From assembly GCA_977016875.1 (NCBI GenBank), contig CDRNST010000197.1, forward strand, positions 186,001-250,000: a DNA stretch of 64,000 bases. Direction: 5' to 3'. This DNA comes from Pavona decussata (Eukaryota). The position numbers and the translations under genes were made by a program. Under the pieces are notes generated by a model. That model was not told the origin of the DNA, searched no databases, and was given only the letters and a program-made list of their open reading frames with translations. Below, piece after piece: positions 48,448 through 60,112 of the stretch. The first letter of the stretch is position 1, and each line of letters opens with the position of its first letter.

Positions 48448-48945
48448 TCTGAAGAACTTTGCATTTGGTTCCATTAAGTAGAGGATCTAACAAAGCACAA
48501 GATGTGACATTGGATATGCATGCTTGTGGGTTCTGGGAGCAACAACAATTGTTATTCTTTGATGTAAGGGTTTGCCAACCATATGCTGAATCGTATAAGG
48601 ACCTGGAGCAGCAACAGATCTATCGTATGCATAAGAATGAGAAAAAGCGCCTGTACTCAAGGAGAGTTCTCGACATTGAGCATGGAACATTTACATGTAC
48701 ACCTTTGGTCTTCACTACAATCGGTGGAGTAGGAAAGGAATGCTTGAGATACCATAGTCAATTAGCAGAGCTGATTGTTATCAAGAAAGGGGAGCAAAAT
48801 GCCACAACCATGTCATGGATCAGAAGCCGAGTTTCATTCACATTACTAAGATCTGCACTTGTCTGTTTTAGAGGTTCTAGGGCAATATGACGATTCAATG
48901 TAACACCAAGAACACGGACATTGACATTGAAACAGCAGAAGGGTT
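48448..48945 (+). mobile_element. CRE-clade remnant, 3' part: restriction-like endonuclease domain
   Basis: LDMHACGFW...FFDVRV...[30 protein letters not shown]...[21 protein letters not shown]. Confidence 0.75.
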
Positions 48946-51900
48946 TTTTGTTTTTTTTGTTGTGATACTTGACTCCAAATATTCCATAATGACTCCAAAA
49001 TTCACACTGACTCCTCTCATCATTAAAATTTGCAAACCCTGATAATTATAGTTTCTAAGTAAACGTTAACAAAAGGAAAATACAGGAAACTAATATTTGG
49101 TTGTGGCCTGAAATACTTGAGCACTTAAAATTTGTGCTCGTTTACAAGCGCATGGTTAACAGTTCTGTTCAAATATTATATTCCCCACAAATATGTCCTA
49201 TGGTTTCAATTTAAGTATCTCTGTATAGTTTGAAATACATTAAATATCTATTTTGTGGTTTGTTGGGTCCTGTTTGAGTATAGTAGTTTTGACCACTTCC
49301 CACATACCTGGTTATTAAGACCGCTAAGTCATGGTGATTAGGATGCTTCTCTGATTTAGGATTGATGAGTGATGCCCAGCAGCAGAAGTGTTTCAGGGTG
49401 TGACTAGCATGTTGAGTTACCTTCAATGCACTCTGAGAATAAAAAAAGGAATAGATATATTTTCATGAATAAGTGAATGATCATCAGACTTCCTTTCTAC
49501 AACCGCTTAAGCTGCATACATAACTGGGATGATCATTAACTAATTATGCGGGATGCCCTGAGGGGCATACCGTGTCTAAAAACGGGTAGACTTCATTTTT
49601 TTTTTCCTTTGTCGTAGTCACAAATCTGCACATTAATTTATTCATTAAACTCTGCCCTCTCCTAGTAGGGATGTATTGTTCTGATTGTCTTCAACAAAAG
49701 CAGGCCAATCAAAATCCATTCTTGTCGCGTATATCACAAGGGAGGGGACCCACTCACCCCTAGCTGTGTGACGTCAAAGCATCGTTTGATTTATTCATAA
49801 ACCCGGATTAAATTTGTGGTGGCCATACTGTTAACATGTTGTGGACTCAAGTGTGCCTTTTTCAAACGGAAATTTAACCATTTTGAAGTGGTAAATCGAA
49901 AGAATAACTTTTAAGGAGTACTCCACATTTAAAATGGTGGAAATTGGAGGGTTCCTGGTGAAGGAATCGTGCTTTGTTTGACAGTTCTAGAACCACAATG
50001 CGCGAAGGAAAGGTCACTGATAAGCATGACCTTATGAGAAAGTCATTTCCGGTATGATTTCTAGTAACACAACGCTAAAATATTACGCAGTAATGGAATT
50101 TCCAGTACAATGATAAGAGGCGTAACACAAGGGAAACAACATAACACTACATGTATCTTTGTGACTCAGACAATTCCATTACCTAGGATAGTTTTATGAA
50201 TCTGCAAACCACACAACGAGAATCAATGAGGCCACATTAAGCATCACAAGTAAATGCCAGCATAGGCATCTTGTTCATTCTTTCTTCCGCAGTTCAAATC
50301 AATTCTCATTCATCATCAGTTTTCATTCATGGATTCATATATCATGTTCAAGATGTCCCCATTTTTTAACGTATAGCTTAATAGTGACCGTTGCATTGAA
50401 ATTTTGAAATTTCTGTATTGCTACGAAACCTAAATTGAGATAATAAAACATCGAGAATAAGATTGTTGAATTCTTGACTTACTGTAAGATGAATATAAGT
50501 TACAACAGCACTTTGGATTTAAGAAAAAGTGATCTTAATCCGAGATGCCACTGTCATATAATTAAGATAGAAAGTTATCTTATCATAAGAATCATATTCA
50601 AATGAGATTTACATGTAAGCACTCTCTTACCACAGCACCAGAATTAAGTTTAAAGGAGAACAGAAAATTACAAGACCAACATTTTTTATCAGGACATTTA
50701 CAGAAATAGCGTTGAATTTTCAGACACAATAATAAAAAGTAATGTTTTGTTACCAAAAGTGCTAAGAACTGGGATAATTCTTACCCTTTCTGCGATATTA
50801 AATGTCAGCCATTTTGTGCACATGTCTTCTGGTTACTTCCAAAAAAGGAATGCCAGTCGCCATGTTGTGACATCACTGCGCTCATGCGATTGTTCACGAT
50901 GCGATACCAGTGTGTTTTCTTACTAAAACGTGTGTATGGCCGCTGTTCTTATTTATATAAATTGTCGATTAATCCATGGCAACAGCCAAATTTGAGCCTT
51001 ATTAGTACACTGCACTATTATAAGAACTCGAACTCGAACTCCCCCCCCCCCTAACTTGAACCGTTTTTCCGTCTCCCTTCAGAGTTCAAGTTACTGGGGT
51101 TCTACTGTATTTTAAGGTTTTCCCCGACAAACCCAACAATTTCAGACAGCTTGTCGTTAGTTTTGCTGCTGAAGGGATGACTAGGTTTCAAACGCAACTT
51201 AACAATGGAATTTCAGGTGTCGTTTCTATTTTCATTAGTTCTTGGATCGGTGTTTCATGAGTATAAAGTTTCATCACTGAGTAAGTTTGAGGGAGTTTTT
51301 GCCCGAAGGCATTCATTTCAGGGAAAGCTACTTATTGCTGTTAAGCGTAAAAATTTGAGACAGAGAATTATGTACAGCTACGGTCATCCCGGATCATTCG
51401 AGATCCTGCTGTCATAACAAACAAAAAAGCACATACAACTTACAGAAACATGAACAACGAAACTGGGTTTTCAAAAGATGTTGGCTTTCACAAGAAAACA
51501 AGTTGAAAATTTCTGCTTCATCAGCCTGCTGTGTTGGGCCAGACTGAAGCATAGACTCCTTACTTCAAAAGAAAAGAAAACATATTTTAATTGATGCGAT
51601 TGAAAATTTACATCAGTGTTGACAGTTTTTGATGCATTTCTAGGCATTTTAGAAGACTTTAAGTTTAAAATTTTTCCGGGGATAGCATCCTGCTGGACCA
51701 CCATAGTTCTCTTGTGCTAACGCATTCACTTTAACCCCCCCCCCTCCCCCACTTCAAAACCAGCTGCGCTGACCCTGCATAAGCTTTGTTGCCGGGAATA
51801 GCAAAATGATCAGACACAGGTTTGTAATGAAATGTTGGATCAAGCTTACGTATGGAAAACCATTGAAATGCAAAGTTGAGAGCCGGCTAAACATGCCAGC

Positions 51901-51960
51901 ATTCCAACACCATATTCAATGAAAATGTCAGTGGATCACGTTGTCGGGGCTTCAACATAC

Positions 51961-53309
51961 AAGGACGTAACACATCGATCGAAATCGATCATCCGAAACC
52001 TAATCGATAAATCGATATTACTCGATTTTACTCGATAATAATCAATCGATTAATCACAGACGTTCGGACATCAGAAATCGATTTCTATCGATTTTGAGAA
52101 ACTGTCCGAGGATACTGCGAGAAACAACCGCTCATAATTTTCCCAGGAAGGCAATTTGATCGAAACAATAGTGTTAAGAGTTAAACCTAGGCATCGAGAA
52201 TGTAGAAAAATGAACACTGACTTCCAGTCTGTGACTTGTTAGCATCTTTTTAACCATCGCTTCAGACCTTACAACGGCAACTCTCAAGCGTTGAACTCTA
52301 GCAAACCTTCGCAAACGCATTTCGTCAGCAGTTGGCCATCACTCTCGGTAAAGACCAAAGCTGTTTATAGTTTATCACCAAACCCTGCTTGTTTGTGATT
52401 TTTTATTACGACGACAGAAAGGAACGTTTGTTAAATTTGCTATGGCAGTTACTGTTTTTATTACAAGTCGTTGGAGTTTATTTAGACATACTAATGTACC
52501 AACGAGCGCTTTGCTTAGTGATGTTAGCATCCATGTATCAGTATTGCCTAGTGCGGGTTCTTGCTGGGTTCATTCATATATGGATGGAAGTTCTTTCTGC
52601 CTGGTTGTACGCCAAAGTCAAAAAGAGGCAATTGCTGATAACTCTCTTATTGAACTAACAAGATAACTCTGAACACAATCTTACTTCAGCTGACTAAATA
52701 GGCCGTTGTCCGTGGTCTGTTGCCAGTCAAAATGTGAGACTCTGTTTACAAAAGGTTCAATGCCGTTTTCAACACGTTGTCTTCGTCACGATAAGTCTCA
52801 GTAAATTTTTATCAGTTTTATTTGAAGTCACTGTCGTTTTATGATGAAATCGATAGTCAATCTGTTGTAATTAAAGTTAAATTTTAAGTTGAATCACTGC
52901 TTCGCCTGGGTACCGATAAGCATGCTTACCAGTTTAGCAGTATCTATCATGCAGGTTCACATCTTACACCGTTTCAATGCATGAAAAAGGTTTGGGAGAT
53001 ACAAATAAAGCAGATAAACGATTGCTCAAACAAAGTATAGCTCAGGTTTGATACAACTTATAACGTCTTGGAAGTCTATCTTATCTCCCCATTTACACTT
53101 ACGCGGATGAAAACCAGTAGCCTTCCGTCTCCGATATTATCGAACAAAATCAATACTTATCGAACCTTGATTATTGAAATTGATCAACATCGATAATCAC
53201 AAATAATCTGGCAATCGATTTTTATCGATTTCCGATATTAATCGATTAATTCATATTGATTTGAATCAATTTTGGTCGAGTATCGGAATTATCGATGTGT
53301 TACATCCTG
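51961..53309. mobile_element. Non-autonomous DNA transposon (P- or hAT-like) with ATCGAT-rich subtermini
   Basis: aAGGACGTAACACATCGAT ... ATCGATGTGTTACATCCTG TIR. AACATAC direct repeats at 51954-51960 and 53310-53316. Confidence 0.75.
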
Positions 53310-53830
53310 AACATACTTTATCTAACATTTGCCTTTAAAACACATAAGATTAAGTTAACATTGAAATGAAATGAGATGGTACATGTATTTGGGGTATTCT
53401 GGCTTTGAAGACTAAGACGACCTTTAAGTGGGCGAAATTCGCAAAATAAACTATAAAATTTTTAACGGCAATGCCAAAATCGTCAATAATCAAAGAAAGA
53501 ACAAAGTAGGTCAAGCATTTAGCTACATGGCGGTAAGGGGAGTGGTACCAAGTTATGAGTCTGTTGTACAACCAGCGTGGCGCTTGGCGTAGCGAATTTT
53601 ATGCTAAAATCGTGGCGTACAACTTCGGCGGATGAAATGAGATACGAACTTTCCAGTATGACTATGATAAATGGAATCAAAAAGATTTTTGGACAACATG
53701 TCTCAATTAGAGGGAAATATTGAATCTTACTTACCGATCGAATGAAGAAACATGGCTATCCAAATACAGCGGATACAGCGTCGAATCAGTCGTCAGTCTT
53801 GCGCAAAAGGAAAGAGCTCTTTTGGGAAGC

Positions 53831-53903
53831 CAATCTCGTTCCCAGAGCCCTCGTTACTCTTGTCCGCTAGACAGGGGTAACGAGGGCTCTGGGAACGAGA
53901 TTG
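53831..53903. repeat. 73-bp hairpin mini-element
   Basis: Perfect 27-bp arms CAATCTCGTTCCCAGAGCCCTCGTTAC / GTAACGAGGGCTCTGGGAACGAGATTG. A half-copy lies at ~58438-58455. Confidence 0.85.
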
Positions 53904-54165
53904 TTGGGAGGTGAGAAAAGGGAGGTGACGTCATCGGGTTATTCCCGATTATACCGGAAATTGACCTGCAGTCACTCTCTTTTGGTAGTAATGGCGGACG
54001 ACGTCGGTGAAATAATGACTTCGAACGTTTGTTAGGATTCGTTATGGTAGAATACAGAGTTCTTTCTACTTTCGTTTCTCGGCGTCGGAGCACTGATCTC
54101 AAGGATTTTACGCTCGATTTGTGGAAGAAACGTGGAACCGTGAAAACAGTCATGATTTGCTCAGG

Positions 54166-54228
54166 TAACATCGACCTACGGGAGGTTAACATCGACCTAC
54201 GGGAGGTTAACATCGACCTAAGGGAGGT
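54166..54228 (+). repeat. 21-bp tandem repeat x3 (TAACATCGACCTA[C/A]GGGAGGT)
   Basis: Read directly. A further degenerate copy lies at ~54398-54419. Confidence 0.9.
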
Positions 54229-54873
54229 ACGTTTTATAGCACCACGTTTGTATCGTATGTATTATACTGGCACAATCGTACACATGGAAAGCTTATTTGC
54301 AAGCATTAAAACTTACAATCTTGCCGGGGCTTTTCTAATCGTTGACCTGAGTGTCATTTCATTTATTACCAACTCATAACATCCACCTACAGGAGGTAAA
54401 CATCTACCTAAGGGAGGTTATGATTTTTATAGCACCATGCAAGTAGGTATTATAATAAGGAACGATTGACTTGAAAAAAGCTTACGAATCTTAAGGGGCT
54501 TTTGCATTCCGTGTACATGCCGTTTTAGAATAAATTTATTTATAAAGAATTATTATTATTATTATTATTATTATTAAAGATGATTTTTCACTCTGTGAGA
54601 GTAAACTTCACTTCCCCCCCCTCCCATTTGCCAGCCCCCGCCCCCCATAAATGATGAACACTCCCTTAGGGGATTTGCTGAATAGGTGTGAAGAAGAAAA
54701 TTGCTTGTATATATGGTGATTAAAAATTATAGTGAGAGCACCCCACCTCCTCTCCGTCCCAGGGCTCATAACCGTGATTTTAGCCAGTATAAGGGTATAT
54801 GGACAACGCTCTCCAATGCTGAGGTTTATAAAAACTAAATACCTTCCAATTCACTGTTTTACTTTTCATTCAG

Positions 54874-55652
54874 GGCATTGCCTATGACTTGGACGCCCGA
54901 AAAGGACGAAGCCCTCTGTAAGCAAATCATTCTAATGGAACCGTTTAGATTTCGACCAAGGACAAAAGAGAGTGGAAACGCATGGTCGCAAGTTGCTGAT
55001 GACTTAAAACAGATCACGTCTCTTAACATGAACGTTGACCAGAGAGCTGTTCGAGAGCGTTACAAGATACTTAAGTCCCACTTCCTTCAAAAGATGAGAG
55101 AGGAGGAAAATGGTTCCGGTATAGCGCCTCCCGAGCTGACCCCAGTTGAAGCAGCATTGGAGGAGATCATCGAGAAAGAAAAGGAGTTTGAGAAGAAGCA
55201 CACCACTGAAGACTCGGATAAAAAGGAAAAGGTTGAGAAAGACAGGAAAACAGCCGAAGAGATGCGCCAGGAATCTCTAGAAACTTTCGCAGAAACCAAA
55301 AAGAGAAAGGCTTCAAATGGCAAAGAAGAGGAAACAGAAGGAGCGAAGTTTAAAAAAAAACCGGCGTTCAGGTACAGATACGCTTGCGTATCTCAAAGAT
55401 AAATCAGATCAAGAGTTGGTAGTAAAGAAGAAGGAGTTGGAAATGCAGAAACAAATGCAAGAAGAACAACTAAATGAGCAAAGAAACATGAGGCAACAAC
55501 AGGCCGGCATGATAGAGGCTTTCAGCAGTATGCAGCAGTCCATGCAGAGGCAACTGCAACAGCAAACGGAGCTGCAACAACAGCAGCAACAACAAAACAA
55601 CCAGTTTATGATGATGATGATGCAGATGATGCAAAACATGAAAAACAGTTAG
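54874..55652 (+). pseudogene. Harbinger-associated Myb/SANT-like DNA-binding protein with a Q/M-rich tail, frameshift at an A-run (~55352-55360)
   Basis: WTPEKDEALC...NAWSQVADDL...VDQRAVRERY..L. Track ORFs 54878..55402 and 55317..55652 overlap at the homopolymer. Acceptor-like ttttcattcag at 54873. Confidence 0.75.
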
Positions 55653-56335
55653 AAAATTGATTTAACTGTTTTTTTACTGACTGACAATGTTTTCGTCAGT
55701 AAAATGTTGTGTTAGAGCAAGGCAGTTGTTTCTCTATAGGTTTTATAAATTTGAGAAAAGTTTTGGAATTATACTTAGTTGAAAGTTGGTGGACACCCTT
55801 TCCTTTTATCAACGTCATTTGTAACACAAAAGCAAAAGTTTAATGTTTCTTTAATAGTTGTTTCCTCTCTTTATTATAACATTTTTAGCAATAAATGTCT
55901 GATGCTGACATGAAGTATATTGCCTTGGTTATTACAACAGCATCCCCTGGGGTACTCCCCTTTATAAGCTATAAAGGTATGTCCCCCAAATTAGTTTAGC
56001 CAGAGTGAACCGCTCCACACGCGAATCTCCCTTCTCTAACGGAGCGGTTACTCAGGCTAAACTAATTTGGGGGACATACCTATGGCTAAAATGAGATGAA
56101 GTTGATTACAACGTGTTCAAAATCTGAAGGTAGACATACGGTCAGAATTTGTTTTTTGCTAGCTAGCTAGCCTGAAACATGGTATGAATTTCGTAGGGAA
56201 ATTCATCTATTTGGCCTGAAATGAGTAAGGGTTTAAAGAAATGGCCAATTAATTTTACAGTTGTAAGCAGCAATAGGACTAACTAAACGCAACAACTGTT
56301 AAACACAGTTCAAAGTTTTTATCCAATACTCGATT

Positions 56336-57949
56336 TCACTGGAAATACGCTTCCAACGTAGGTGGATCCAAGCCAAAATACGACGATGTTACGGACTGGT
56401 AAAGACATGTGCGGGCATTCGTCAGCAGGGCACACACCATGTACATTTTGCCAACTGCGCTTAAACGAATTTTCAAGTTCTTCTTCAAATCCATAAAAGC
56501 GAAGTAATTTATAATGTCTCCGAAAACCCACTCTACTGATGTTCTAACACTGCTCATTGCACTGTTGTATTCATTCTGTAGAGGGGTAATCCTGGCACCT
56601 TTGAATGGTCCTTGAAGGTGTATATTTAAGGGGTAGGCCGGATCCCCATATACACATAAGGGTTGACCAAGAGGGGAAAATGAGTGGCGTTGCAAATCGC
56701 CAAGTAAAGCAGACTCTACTAACATACCACTGTCATGTCGTCTCCCTTCAACTGGACCATACAGGTTAGCTATCAATCCATTTGGGGCGGCAACGGACTG
56801 AAATTTTATGGCATGGACCCTCTTGTGTCCGTTGTACAGAACTCTTTGGTTTTTCCCAGGCCTAGAAACTGGCCTAACCGTTCCATCGATAAAACCCCAA
56901 CAGTTTTGAAGCGGAGCTCCTTTAGCATGAATTACATCGGCATAATTCTGAAGATTGGCCTGAGAAAGCCATGGCTGGTTAAAACTTCGTAAACGGTGAT
57001 TTTGTGTTTGATAAATGAAGTTCATCATTTGGTTCGATATCATGCAAAGTTGTGGCACGGGTCTTGCAAATCTTGGCAGCATATCCGAATATCTACATGG
57101 GTATGCAAATCGTTTAAGAAAAATACACAGAGCTTCAATTCCGTCCACAACAACACGATTATATATATCTTATTCGATGGTTTTACATATAATACGCGCG
57201 GATATTTTGCGAGTTGCGTAGTATTTTTCCGAGCCCCGAAGGGGCGAGGAAAAATACGAGCAATGAGCAAAATGTCCGCGAGTATTATATGTAAAACCAT
57301 CGAATAAGAGATTTATTATTCCACTACAAAAAGATTTTGTTATTTTGGCTTCTCTGTTTTGGTAACAGTTTTCAAATGCACCCGGCATCAACTGTCCATC
57401 GGTTTATGGCGCGTACGAATGATGTAAACAACACAGAAAGCCAGTTAAATGTCTTTAATTTGATTAGATAAAATGAAAAGATAAATGACAAGTGAAACTT
57501 GTTTTCGAGTCTGCATCGTTTCAAAAACTATTCTTCGTCCAGTCCGGACATTGTTGCTCCTTTTTTCTGCCTTTTCCGTCCGTATTCGCTCTGTTGTAAA
57601 CCGGTCAAACCGGGACACTACAGCGTATTACGGTCTCATATTTTGCGCGTTCTCTTGACCTTATTTGGTGAAATGACATAATAGTGGAATAATAAAGCAT
57701 CTTATTTCATCTGGAACATGCGCGCATCACTTCAGCAAGACGGTAAACGCCGTTCTTGAGGAATCTGAATTCCGACTTGCATTCATCGTCCGTTAGCAGA
57801 TCAAGGTCAAACTGGTCGTAGCTCCAATACGGTAGATCAAGGTTGTTTGACTTGTTTAAATCGTACAAAAGCAAAAATTCTTCATCGTTTATCAACTTAT
57901 CACTGTGAGCAAAAAGCAAGGTATCTCTAACTTCTCTTAGAGAAGGCAT
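56336..57949 (-). pseudogene. HARBI1-like DDE transposase (DDE_Tnp_4), split by an insertion and a frameshift
   Basis: CWGFIDGT, YNGHKRVHAIKFQ, GRRHDSG, YGDPAY, RTSVEWVFG. The N-terminal part (MPSLREVRD...ECKSEFRF) rejoins as VPDEIRC|YNRVVVDGIEALC across the insertion. Confidence 0.88.
57164..57696. mobile_element. Asymmetric palindromic non-autonomous element inserted in the transposase
   Basis: Hairpin tcttattcgatggttttacatataatac / gtattatatgtaaaaccatcgaataaga around a GC core gccccgaaggggc. Second inverted pair tttattattccacta (57312) / tagtggaataataaa (57682). Confidence 0.75.
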
Positions 57950-59809
57950 ACCGTATATCAAGAGCAGGAATACAAATTGTTAAATCATTAGTCGATCAAA
58001 TATAAACACAAGACAAGTCGCCGATAAACTCGACATTTTCCCGCCGAAATGAGTGATTTGCATTTCGCGCCAAAACCAACCGCCGTCCTAGAATCCATCG
58101 TTGCGTAACGCAACTCGACAGTCGACGGACTGAGTTTGTCGGATCTCGGATCGTGGCTGCTCCGAAGAATAACCCGATGACGTCACCTCCCTTAGGCCGA
58201 TGTTATCTTTTCTCAACCAACAGGGTAACAAGGTAACAGAGTAACTAAAATAACAGAGTAACAAGGTAAGTTACAATCGTAACAGAGTGACAATGGCAAC
58301 ACAGTATTCAAATATAAAATTGGGGGACATAATGATTTCAAAAAGAATTTGGGTACATACTTATCAAAATAAAAAGTGAGGACATAATAATTACCATATA
58401 TGAAGTACCTGATCTAACCGCTGACCAAAAGATCGTAGGCTCTGGGAACGAGGATGACCTAAGCGTGCAGCGCACGCGCAATAGAGTCCTCTTTGCAACT
58501 TGAGGCTTGCGAAGAAATCCTATTTTATAGGCTCTCCGCCCAAGCAATGGGCGATACCTCAGAGAAGAAAAAGGATTCCTGCCATTGGAGAGGGAAAGAA
58601 GTGAGTGTTGCGTTTTAGCTTTAACTTCGCATGTTGTCCGTGAATTTGAGATTCGTTTGATCGTTCGTGATCTCTATGATCATGACATAGGAAGTCACTC
58701 CCGGCGCTCAAGAGTACATGAAAAGCTTAGATTGCAATAATTACTATTGTACATTCATTTCTAGTTAGAAAAATTCTTTTACTGACTTGTTAATTCTTTT
58801 CATTACTTTTTACATTGATTATTCATCAGTCAATTGAATGATTGCAAGAGCAAGGCATTACGCATCTGATCTTAACAAAGTCTACTTTAGGCTGGTCGTA
58901 AGAGCGCTTCGACCTAGTGAAAATCAAAAATTGGAGTTATAAGCGCGACAGAATCGGAGTCGGAAGAATCAGAATGGTTCCATTTTCTTCCGATTCTGCT
59001 TATGACTCCGACGCTTATGATCCACTGAAGTCGAAGTTGCAAGCCGAAGCGTAAGAACCAACTCCCGGGTTGAGGGTACTTTTACACATTGTTTAATGGC
59101 AATAGTAATTACATATTAAGGCCCACTGTCACTTAACCGAACGTGATATTTCACGCTTTGAAAGTACCAATCACGACAGATAAAATAATACATTACTGGC
59201 TAGAAGTGATGGCGAAAAACTCCAAAATTTCGCATTAACAGCGGTGAACTTTAGGTGGAAACTTAATGTTTTGCATAATGCGCATATTTTTGCCGAAAAA
59301 CTTTGTAAAGGACTAATAAATGCGTGTTAATAAATGCGTGTTTCACATATCTTGCATATTTTTTGTAAAAGAATAAATAGGTCAGTACGTGCCTCGCTTC
59401 ATAAAGCAGAAGTGAAGGCAACCAGAATTTTTGACAACGTAAAACACTAAACTTAATCGTTAATAAACTCAGTGTTTGTTCAAAAATCTGGCTAAAGTCG
59501 ACGTCTCTTCCGAAAGGGAAAACATATACCCAATTCAGTCAAAAATTCTGTTCAAGAAAGGAGCAGACGACGACGGCACAAACTCAAGAATCAATGGTTC
59601 AAGTCTAAAGCCCACGAACAGCCCAGAGAACGACACAAGTTGGCGACAAAAGGCAGTGAAAGCTCAGGACAACAAAGAATCAAGCAGCATTCAGGACAGT
59701 CGAGTTTGTCAGCCAAACCGAAGGTAAAATAATTCCTTATTCGTTCATCGAAACAAGAAACAAACGGAGCAAGACTGTCTAAGACAAGTTCAGGAGATAC
59801 AGCAATTGT

Positions 59810-59822
59810 TGGCGCTGGAGAA
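59810..59822 (+). promoter_or_regulatory. Candidate primer-binding site of the BEL/Pao element
   Basis: TGGCGCTGGAGAA a few nt after ...CA and ~300 nt upstream of gag. No second LTR is available to confirm it. Confidence 0.4.
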
Positions 59823-60112
59823 TCCGACAACCAATTGAAAGTTTGAAAACTGTTGAACTTGAGATATTTGAGAAAGTGTGACATTGTAGTTTACTTTCTA
59901 AGACTTGTAGAAAATACCAGTCAGTTCACAAGTAATTTCAAGAACTCTTTGAACTTTGATTCCCTACGATAATTAACAATAGTTAAGATATTTTTACATT
60001 ATCCATTACAAGTAATCGGCGGGATAGCAAATAAGTTATCTAAGTTTATAGTAGAACGAACTACACTGTTAGTAAGCTTGAGCAATTTAGTCGTCAAATA
60101 GTAGCGTGGAAA

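Larger units (their letters stand above)
53902..58223. mobile_element. PIF/Harbinger DNA transposon with two convergent genes, inactivated
   Basis: Perfect 27-bp inverted repeat AAGGGAGGTGACGTCATCGGGTTATTC (53918-53944 / 58167-58193), with outer tgttgg..tgagaaaag / cttttctcaaccaaca. Encodes a Myb/SANT-like protein and a DDE transposase. Confidence 0.88.

Noticed and set aside
54166-54228. CRISPR-like array (also considered 12086-12346 and 62940-63175)
   Set aside because: Head-to-tail tandem repeats without unique spacers, no cas genes, eukaryotic context.
55409-55639. Poly-Cys ORF on the minus strand
   Set aside because: Antisense reading of the CAG/CAA poly-Gln tract of the Harbinger Myb-like gene.
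56336-57148. Domesticated host HARBI1 gene
   Set aside because: Lies between TIRs with its partner Myb-like gene and is disrupted by an insertion and a frameshift.
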